Of a stretch of 62,426 nt of DNA, positions 55,424 through 62,426 are shown one piece after another. The notes under the pieces are model-generated. The model saw nothing but the letters and a program-made list of their open reading frames with translations. It was not told the origin of the DNA and searched no databases. Where the stretch lies: assembly GCA_041736805.1 (NCBI GenBank), contig JBGSSW010000007.1, positions 1-62,426 of the forward strand, read 5' to 3'. Source of the stretch: Minisyncoccia bacterium. Its GTDB lineage: Bacteria; Patescibacteriota; Minisyncoccia; Phycocordibacterales; UBA918. The translations under genes were made by a program, and so were the position numbers. The first letter of the stretch is position 1; the number at the start of each line of letters is the position of its first letter.

Positions 55424-56248
55424 ATGTCGACACAAATTGAAATTAACGGTAAAACCCTCCTTCCTATCAAAGAGGCGGCGAAACTAGTTTCCTACACCAA
55501 AGACTATGTTGCCCGTCTGGCCCGTGAACAAAAAATTGTCGCTTCACAAGTGGGGCGACAGTGGTTTGTCGATTTGGTCTCACTCAAGAATTTTGCTGAA
55601 GTATCACAGCTAGAGCTTTCAGTTCGTAAACAGATACTTAGTCAAGAAAGAAAAAAGGAGCAGTCGGTTAAACAGGCTTTGAGTGAGGTTCATCAGTCAA
55701 CGCATAATAAGTTTCGGAGAGTAAAAATCCAAGCCCAGTTAGCGGCGGTGTTTGTCCTCGGATTTGGTTTATTGGCCGGAGCTAGTATTTATACCACTAG
55801 CTTATTTTTTCCAATTCAGTCATCTAGCTTGGCGCGCATTGGGGCCACTAGTCCAGAAATGTTTTTAAATAAAAATTACCATAGTCAGGAAATAGCTACT
55901 CCAACCGGAGTGGTGAATGAAGTGAATGATTATAAAATCGCTGAACCACAAACCACTACGCTTTATAATTCGGTTTTAGAGTACCCACTTTTTACTGATG
56001 AAGCTGAGACAAGAGCAATGTCACTAGGAAATTCTGAAGGTATTTTCTTACTGGCTCGCAATGGTGAAGTGAGAAGTGTTGAGGAAGTAGAAGGATTATT
56101 TTCTGATGAAGTAGTAGTAAGTTTTTCTGATGAAAGTAATGGCGTGATTACTTTTACGAAAGAGGAAGGGGAAGTAGTTGAATTTCCGTTTGTGTCGGTG
56201 CCGGTAAAGGAGACTGATAATAAAGGTTTTTCTGACCAGACTGAATAA
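55424..56248 (+). CDS. Membrane-anchored HTH protein, paralog 2 (central TM helix)
   Basis: INGKTLLPIKEAAKLVSYTKDYVARLAREQKIVASQVGRQWFV aligns with the paralog-1 HTH. TM helix LAAVFVLGFGLLAGASIY. Confidence 0.65.
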   Translation: MSTQIEINGKTLLPIKEAAKLVSYTKDYVARLAREQKIVASQVGRQWFVDLVSLKNFAEVSQLELSVRKQILSQERKKEQSVKQALSEVHQSTHNKFRRVKIQAQLAAVFVLGFGLLAGASIYTTSLFFPIQSSSLARIGATSPEMFLNKNYHSQEIATPTGVVNEVNDYKIAEPQTTTLYNSVLEYPLFTDEAETRAMSLGNSEGIFLLARNGEVRSVEEVEGLFSDEVVVSFSDESNGVITFTKEEGEVVEFPFVSVPVKETDNKGFSDQTE

Positions 56249-56253
56249 TTTTT

Positions 56254-59200
56254 ATGATTACTAGTTCTCACAACCATTTCCGAAATACTCTAGTTGCTAC
56301 TTTGGTAGCAGCGTTGGCGGTGGTGTTATTTAGTATTCCTCTCTCTGGCTTGGCCGCGGCCAACCCGCAAATCAACTACCAAGGTAAACTAACTAACGCT
56401 TTGGGAGTAGCAGTACCAGACGGAACCTACAACATGAATTTTTGGCTGGTCGCTTCCGGTACCGCTGCCACCTCAACTGCCGTCTGGGCCGAGACTCTAA
56501 TTGGTGGAAACCGGGTGCAAGTTACCAACGGACTTTTTTCAGTTATGCTTGGTTCGACGACAGCTTTGACAGGAGTTGATTTTAATCAGACGCTTTTCTT
56601 GGGAGTTGAGATTGGTGGTACTTCGACACCAGTGTGGGATGGGGAAATGAGTCCACGTAAAATCCTTGGTACCGTGCCGGCCGCTTTTGTCGCCAATTAT
56701 GCTGCCACGGCTGGAGCAGCAAGTAGCTCAGATTCTTCGACTCTACTTGGCGGCGTCGCTTCATCTTCTTTCCTTCGCTCTGACGCCGCTGACACCATGG
56801 AAGCCACCAGTTCTTCACCACTTCTGACTCTCATCCAAAATGGAGTGGGAGCGGTCGCTCGTTTCTTTAGTGGGGTCACTGAAGTCTTCACGATTTTGAA
56901 TAATGGCAACGTCGGAGTGGGTACTAGTACACCAGGCTATAAACTGTCAGTGGTGGGCGATGCTCGTATCACCGGTACTAGTACTTTGGCTACCACTACA
57001 ATTTCCAATCTTAATCTCGGTACTGCTCTCTCGGCAGTAAATGGTGGTACTGGACTTTCTTCAGTCACTCAAAATCAACTTTTAATTGGCGGAGCTGGAA
57101 ATACTTGGTCGCAAATTGGTACTTCTTCTTTAGGACTTGGCAATAATACTTTCCTAGGTCTTTCTGATACTCAAGCTTCCTTTACCGCCAATCGCCTAGT
57201 CTTTACCAACAGTGGAGCGACCGCACTGACCGACTCATCAAGCCTAGTCTTTGACGGCACCAACTTCGGTCTTGGTAGTAGCACCCCTTCTTCTCGCCTC
57301 ACAATCCAAGGTGCCGCCGGCGGAGCCGATGTACTAAAGATTGCTTCCTCAACCGGCAGCACCACCCTCGCGATGCTGGCAAATGGCAACCTAGAGCTTC
57401 CTGGACAGCTGATATCGACGGGAATAAATTGGACTGCTAGAACAGCGGCTTCGTCGACTGTTGTCTATACCTCCGTCACCTACGGCAATGGCACTTTCGT
57501 CGCGGTGGGAATTGGCTACGCCATGTATTCTGCCGATGGTATCAATTGGGCGACAAGTACGATTCCGGAAGCCAACAGCTGGCAATCCGTCACCTACGGT
57601 AATGGTTTGTTTGTGGCGGTAGGGAGCAGCGGCACCAACCGCGTCATGACTTCACCTGACGGTATCACTTGGACTGCCCGCTCCGCTGCTGAAGCCACCA
57701 GTTGGACCTCCGTCACCTACGGCAATGGTCTCTTTGTGGCGGTAGCAATCGGCGGTACCAACCGGGTCATGACTTCACCAGATGGTATCACTTGGACCGC
57801 GCGCTCAGCGGCTGAAGCCAATCAATGGTACTCTGTCACCTACGGTAATGGTCTCTATGTCGCTGTTTCAATCGACGGTACTAACCGGGTCATGACCTCA
57901 CCAGACGGCAGCACTTGGACCGCGCGCTCTGCCTCCGAAGCCAACTTATGGTACTCCGTCACCTACGGCAATGGTCTCTATGTGGCTGTCTCATATGACG
58001 GCACCAACCGCGTCATGACCTCACCAGACGGCAGCACTTGGACCGCGCGCTCTGCCGCCGAAGCCAACCAATGGCAATCAGTCACCTACGGCAATGGTCT
58101 GTTTGTGGCTGTTGGCGGAGGCTGTAGTACTGCTTGCGTCATGACCTCACCAGATGGTATCACTTGGACGGCCCGTACAGCTTCTGTAAACAATTCTTGG
58201 TCCTCCGTCACCTACGGTAATGGTCTCTATGTGGCTGTCAGTTATTTTGGTTTTGGAGAAGATCTTATCATGACCTCTCCTGACGGTATTACTTGGACTG
58301 TCCACACAGCTACTGGGGACAATATATGGCGTTCCGTCACCTACGGTAACGGCACATTTGTGGCAGTGTCAGCAGACGGCACCAACCGCGTCATGACAAG
58401 TAAAGATAATACTTTGGTTTTTTCTAGTACTTCAGCACAGACTATCAGTGGCAACCTAACGGGTTCGTCACAGCTAAGAAAGGTTATCTTTAGTGGGTCT
58501 GGCAGTAAGACTTTTGCCAGCAGTTCAGCTTCCACAACTGATTTCAGTATTATCAGTACTAGCAGTACCGTCGTAGCGCCAAGTAATCTAGAGATTAGAG
58601 GTAACTACAGCAATGATGGTACTTTCATAGCCGGAAGTGGTACTACTACTTTTAATGGTTCTAGCTTACAAACTCTAACCGGTAATTTAAACAATAATTC
58701 AGTCAGCACTTCTTCTTTCAGTAATATTGTCTTTACCGGTGGGGGAGACAAAAAGCCGCTGGCTCCACTACAAGCGACTGGTAACTTCATCATTTCTACT
58801 TCCACTTTTCTCGCTTCTTCCACGCTAACGATAGGTGGTAACTTCACCCAAAATGGTACGTTCCAGATTGCTGCGACTTCTTCGAGTGCGTGGACCGCGC
58901 AGTCTGCCACCGAAGCCAACGCCTGGCAATCCGTCACCTACGGCAATGGTCTTTTCGTCGCTGTCTCAAGCGACGGCACCAACCGCGTCATGACTTCACC
59001 CGAGGGCAGCACTTGGACCGCACGCAGTGCAGCAGAAAATAATTATTGGACCTCCGTCACCTACGGCAATGCTCTCTATGTAGCTGTTTCAGCTGACGGC
59101 ACCAACCGCGTAATGACCTCCCCCGATGGTGTTACTTGGACCGCTAGGTCGGCGGCACAAAACAATTCTTGGTCCTCCGTCACCTACGGCAACGGTCTGT

Positions 59201-62200
59201 TTGTGGCTGTCTCATATGACGGCACCAACCGAGTTATGACTTCACCTGATGGCATCACTTGGACCGCTCGCTCTGCCTCTGAAGCCAACTACTGGTACTC
59301 TGTCACCTACGGTAATGGTCTCTTCGTCGCGGTCTCAGGAGACGGCACCAACCGCGCCATGACTTCTCCTGACGGCATCACTTGGACCGCGCGCAGTGCC
59401 GCGCAAGCCAACACCTGGCGTTCCGTCACCTACGGTAATGGTCTCTTTGTGGCGGTGTCAATTTATGACGATGGTTATTCTGTTGTTATGACTTCATCCG
59501 ATGGTATAAATTGGACCACTCGCTTGGCCGCTGAAGCGAACTCTTGGACCTCCGTCACCTACGGCAATGGCTTATTTGTAGCGATAGCAGAGGATGGAAC
59601 CAATCGCGTCATGACCTCGGGAGATGGTATTACCTGGACCGCACGCGCGGCAGCTGAAGACAATTATTGGTCCTCAGTCACCTATGGCAATGGTTTGTTT
59701 GTGGCTGTCTCATATGACGGCACCAACCAGGTCATGACCTCCTCTGAACTATCATCTGTATCTTTAAACGGCACCACCACCCAAACTCTCTCTGGTACCA
59801 TGGTCGCTACTTCCACTCTACCAAACGTAGTTTTCAGTGGAGCGGGCACTAAGACCTTCAATAGCAACGCCTCAACTACTGCTGTAACTATAGCTACTTC
59901 TTCTGGAGTAGTGACTGCTCCGACAAGGATGACTATAAATGGTGATTTAACTAACAAAAGTACTTTTATTGCTAGTAGCGATATTTATTTAAATGGTAAT
60001 TATATAAACACCGGTATTTTCACTGCTCCAACCAACCTATATCTGACTGGAGCCAGCCAATCTGCTACTGGAACGATGACCGGAAGTAGTGCATTCAATA
60101 ACCTCACTCTCTCTGGTAACGGTAACAAGACTTTATATAATGATGCGTCCATTAGTAACTTAACTATCGGGAGTGGAGTAAACTTTAGTGCCCCAAGTGA
60201 ACTTTCTGTGACTGGTAACTATACTAATAACGGAACAAGTACTAACATAGGTGCTGTATGGAATTCTTATTCAGCATCAATAGCTGGGGACTGGAACGCT
60301 GTCACCTACGGCAATGGTCTCTATGTGGCGGTGGGGTTTGACAATGATTTGTCATTGGGTCGCATTTCAACTTCTTCAGACGGCATTAATTGGACCGGGG
60401 GTACTTCTGTCGTTAATAGACAATGGTCTTCTATCACCTACGGCAATGGTCTCTATGTGGCGGTTTGCTCTGATAATGATAATTATGATGGTGATTGTGA
60501 CGTGGTAATGACTTCTTCGGACGGTATTACTTGGGCAACTAGCTCTGCTTCAGAAACTGCTCCTTGGCGCGCTGTCACCTACGGCAATGGTTTGTTTGTC
60601 GCAGTGGCAGTCTCAGGCACCAATCGCGTCATGACTTCACCGGATGGTATCACTTGGACGGCTCGCTCCGCCGTGGGCAATGATGATAATTGGACCTCGG
60701 TCACCTACGGCAATGGTCTCTATGTGGCGGTCAGTAGATTTGGCGACCGTGTCATGACTTCACCAGATGGCACCACTTGGACGGCTCGCTCGGCCGCTGG
60801 TGATGATGACTTTTGGAATTCCGTCACCTACGGCAATGGTCTGTTTGTAGCGGTCAGTGAATTCTATGCTAACGATATAGTTATGACCTCCCCTGACGGT
60901 ATTAATTGGACGCCTCGCAGTGTAGTTTCTAGTGCTGATGTTTGGTTATCCGTCACCTACGGCAATGGTCTCTATGTGGCGGTAGCAGAGAGTGGCACTA
61001 ACCGCGTCATGACCTCACCAGATGGTGTTTACTGGATTTATCAGTCAATTTCTGAAAATGATAATCAATGGTTATCCGTCACCTATGGCAATGATCTGTT
61101 TGTGGCCGTCTCAAATAACGGTACTAACCGTATCAAAGTGTCTCCAGTCTCTACCACCACCTTCTCCGGCGCTTCATCACAGACTGTGAGTGGAACATTA
61201 AGTGGGGCTAGTGCTTTCGGTAATGTCGCTTTCACTGGTGCTGGTACCAAAACCTTCAACAACTTAGCCTCTACTTCTAATTTATACCTAAACACTACCG
61301 CCACCACTACCTTCACCCAAGCCCTCTCAGTGTCAGGTAATCTAACTGCCGAAGCCAACGCTAAACTTGCTCTTGCTGAAAGTGCTACCACTACCGTTAG
61401 AGGTAACTTAAATCTCTTAGGTACCAGTACCGCTCCAGTCCTCTTGGTCTCTGAAACAGAAGGTCAAAAAGCTAACTTTGTGCTACTTGGTTCTTCCACT
61501 GTGTCATACACCACCATCAAAGACTCTAATGCTTGCGGTAGTACTGGAGGGCCTATCAATGTCTTTGGTGGTAACAACACCGACGGAGGTAACAACACCT
61601 GTTGGACCTTCACTGCTCCACCAGGCGACTTCACCGTCACTGGTATCTTATACGAAGCCGACCGCCTCACTCCGTACGCCACCTCTACCACCATCAAAAT
61701 AGCTGTCGCTACTTCATCTATCGCTACTTCAACCGTCAGTACATACAGCACCACCACAATCGCTAGTACCGGCGCCTTCTCCTTTGATATCACAGTCGGA
61801 GCGGTAGCGACGGGTACTCCAATCACCATCTTCACTGATGGTAGTGCGGTTATCAAAGCGGTGACTGTCACGAAGACTAGTGGTACTAGTACGCTCTCTA
61901 ACCTACCTTTATATAAAAACCACGTCCTGGTCACCAATCAAGGGACTGGTACCACTACTAAAGCTTCCGACCTCATCCGCTTTGACAGTACCAAAGACTC
62001 TGACATAGAGTTCACCGCTTCTTCTACTTTAGGTAGACTCACCGTCAACTCTGGACAAACCCTCCTCGTGGCTTCAGGGACTACTTTCCAAAACGACTAT
62101 CCAACCTATACTCATACCCTTGAGATAGCGACTACCTCTACTATGCTCGCGTCTTCGACGCTCGCCCTCACAGGTAACTACCAAAACAACGGTACCTTCC

Positions 62201-62426
62201 TGACCAACAATGCTTCTTCGAGTGCGTGGACCGCGCGCTCCGCCTCCGAAGCCAACAGCTGGATCTCCGTCACCTACGGCAATGGTCTGTTTGTCGCTGT
62301 CTCAAGTAACGGCACCAACCGCGTCATGACTTCACCAGACGGCAGCACTTGGACCGCTCGCGCCGCCGCTGAAGCCAACACCTGGCAATCCGTCACCTAC
62401 GGCAATGGTCTGTTTGTCGCTGTCTC
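56254..62426 (+). CDS. Giant surface protein (partial, more than 2,057 aa; 3' end beyond the window): signal/anchor, tail-fibre-like region, at least 4 Asp-box beta-propeller modules with T/S/N-rich linkers
   Basis: I read the frame starting at 56254 codon by codon to 62426 and found no stop. N-terminal LVATLVAALAVVLFSIPLSGLAAA. 24 copies of W-x-S-V-T-Y-G-N-G-L-[FY]-V-A-V...T-S-P-D-G-x-T-W. It is absent from the ORF track only because it is unterminated. Confidence 0.85.
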   Translation, partial: MITSSHNHFRNTLVATLVAALAVVLFSIPLSGLAAANPQINYQGKLTNALGVAVPDGTYNMNFWLVASGTAATSTAVWAETLIGGNRVQVTNGLFSVMLGSTTALTGVDFNQTLFLGVEIGGTSTPVWDGEMSPRKILGTVPAAFVANYAATAGAASSSDSSTLLGGVASSSFLRSDAADTMEATSSSPLLTLIQNGVGAVARFFSGVTEVFTILNNGNVGVGTSTPGYKLSVVGDARITGTSTLATTTISNLNLGTALSAVNGGTGLSSVTQNQLLIGGAGNTWSQIGTSSLGLGNNTFLGLSDTQASFTANRLVFTNSGATALTDSSSLVFDGTNFGLGSSTPSSRLTIQGAAGGADVLKIASSTGSTTLAMLANGNLELPGQLISTGINWTARTAASSTVVYTSVTYGNGTFVAVGIGYAMYSADGINWATSTIPEANSWQSVTYGNGLFVAVGSSGTNRVMTSPDGITWTARSAAEATSWTSVTYGNGLFVAVAIGGTNRVMTSPDGITWTARSAAEANQWYSVTYGNGLYVAVSIDGTNRVMTSPDGSTWTARSASEANLWYSVTYGNGLYVAVSYDGTNRVMTSPDGSTWTARSAAEANQWQSVTYGNGLFVAVGGGCSTACVMTSPDGITWTARTASVNNSWSSVTYGNGLYVAVSYFGFGEDLIMTSPDGITWTVHTATGDNIWRSVTYGNGTFVAVSADGTNRVMTSKDNTLVFSSTSAQTISGNLTGSSQLRKVIFSGSGSKTFASSSASTTDFSIISTSSTVVAPSNLEIRGNYSNDGTFIAGSGTTTFNGSSLQTLTGNLNNNSVSTSSFSNIVFTGGGDKKPLAPLQATGNFIISTSTFLASSTLTIGGNFTQNGTFQIAATSSSAWTAQSATEANAWQSVTYGNGLFVAVSSDGTNRVMTSPEGSTWTARSAAENNYWTSVTYGNALYVAVSADGTNRVMTSPDGVTWTARSAAQNNSWSSVTYGNGLFVAVSYDGTNRVMTSPDGITWTARSASEANYWYSVTYGNGLFVAVSGDGTNRAMTSPDGITWTARSAAQANTWRSVTYGNGLFVAVSIYDDGYSVVMTSSDGINWTTRLAAEANSWTSVTYGNGLFVAIAEDGTNRVMTSGDGITWTARAAAEDNYWSSVTYGNGLFVAVSYDGTNQVMTSSELSSVSLNGTTTQTLSGTMVATSTLPNVVFSGAGTKTFNSNASTTAVTIATSSGVVTAPTRMTINGDLTNKSTFIASSDIYLNGNYINTGIFTAPTNLYLTGASQSATGTMTGSSAFNNLTLSGNGNKTLYNDASISNLTIGSGVNFSAPSELSVTGNYTNNGTSTNIGAVWNSYSASIAGDWNAVTYGNGLYVAVGFDNDLSLGRISTSSDGINWTGGTSVVNRQWSSITYGNGLYVAVCSDNDNYDGDCDVVMTSSDGITWATSSASETAPWRAVTYGNGLFVAVAVSGTNRVMTSPDGITWTARSAVGNDDNWTSVTYGNGLYVAVSRFGDRVMTSPDGTTWTARSAAGDDDFWNSVTYGNGLFVAVSEFYANDIVMTSPDGINWTPRSVVSSADVWLSVTYGNGLYVAVAESGTNRVMTSPDGVYWIYQSISENDNQWLSVTYGNDLFVAVSNNGTNRIKVSPVSTTTFSGASSQTVSGTLSGASAFGNVAFTGAGTKTFNNLASTSNLYLNTTATTTFTQALSVSGNLTAEANAKLALAESATTTVRGNLNLLGTSTAPVLLVSETEGQKANFVLLGSSTVSYTTIKDSNACGSTGGPINVFGGNNTDGGNNTCWTFTAPPGDFTVTGILYEADRLTPYATSTTIKIAVATSSIATSTVSTYSTTTIASTGAFSFDITVGAVATGTPITIFTDGSAVIKAVTVTKTSGTSTLSNLPLYKNHVLVTNQGTGTTTKASDLIRFDSTKDSDIEFTASSTLGRLTVNSGQTLLVASGTTFQNDYPTYTHTLEIATTSTMLASSTLALTGNYQNNGTFLTNNASSSAWTARSASEANSWISVTYGNGLFVAVSSNGTNRVMTSPDGSTWTARAAAEANTWQSVTYGNGLFVAV
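57421..58401 (+). repeat. Propeller module 1: 8 tandem 41-aa (~123-nt) Asp-box blades
   Basis: VTYGNG anchors near 57478, 57591, 57714, 57838, 57961, 58084, 58210 and 58339. Confidence 0.85.
58888..59745 (+). repeat. Propeller module 2: 7 blades
   Basis: VTYGN[GA] anchors near 58936, 59059, 59182, 59305, 59431, 59560 and 59680. Confidence 0.85.
60259..61135 (+). repeat. Propeller module 3: 7 blades (more diverged, with loop insertions)
   Basis: [VI]TYGN[GD] anchors near 60304, 60436, 60580, 60703, 60826, 60955 and 61081. Confidence 0.8.
62221..62426 (+). repeat. Propeller module 4: first 2 blades, continues past the window
   Basis: Anchors near 62272 and 62395. The entry segment is identical to that of module 2. 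Confidence 0.8.

Noticed and set aside
56582-61937. Track ORFs in the 56.5-62 kb region: eleven on the minus strand (56582..56821, 56697..56909, 57171..57389, 57391..57585, 58341..58535, 58605..58937, 59682..59957, 61083..61391, 61464..61937 and others) plus short plus-strand ORFs 60314..60508 and 61478..61702.
   Set aside because: All lie antisense or out of frame within the uninterrupted frame that starts at 56254. That frame carries a coherent 41-aa repeat architecture. The GC-rich repeats simply lack stops in other frames, so these are shadow ORFs.
57421-62426. A regularly spaced repeat array that might be mistaken for a CRISPR array.
   Set aside because: The units are 123 nt, directly abutting with no unique spacers. 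They are in frame, encode a conserved protein motif and are degenerate at wobble positions. No cas genes are present.
56254-62426. The possibility that the giant gene is a diversity-generating retroelement target.
   Set aside because: No reverse transcriptase ORF is in the window. I saw no template/variable repeat pair with adenine-specific mismatches. The repeat variation is ordinary paralog divergence. A DGR beyond the window cannot be excluded.

Overview
This low-GC, gene-dense window looks like a Candidate Phyla Radiation (Patescibacteria, Parcubacteria-like) chromosome. It opens with the 3' end of a divergent 16S rRNA that is not followed by a 23S. Housekeeping genes are scattered through it: murD, murC, rsmI, murB, secA, obg and gatB. 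About 23 kb (20.0-43.0 kb) is a tightly packed minus-strand glycan locus. It holds GDP-fucose synthesis genes, about 8 glycosyltransferases, 6 methyltransferases, a Wzx flippase, an ArnC/ArnT-like fusion and sugar-activation fusion enzymes.

The most striking feature is missing from the supplied ORF track because it has no stop codon inside the window. An open frame runs from ATG 56254 to the window end, more than 2,057 codons. It encodes a giant surface protein with at least four tandem beta-propeller modules. These contain 24 visible copies of a 41-aa, 123-nt Asp-box repeat, separated by T/S/N-rich linker modules. Two paralogous membrane-anchored HTH proteins lie directly upstream.

Other notable signals:
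- The 16S tail lacks the CCUCC anti-Shine-Dalgarno core, and many start codons sit 6-9 nt after a -10-like box, which suggests leaderless mRNAs.
- An orphan tRNA-Ile(GAU) lies inside nested inverted repeats.
- A RhuM/Fic-Doc gene is flanked by identical GC-rich hairpins and truncated by a 14-bp tandem duplication.
- Several GC-rich genes carry Shine-Dalgarno sequences and look foreign.

I found no CRISPR array, transposase or integrase.
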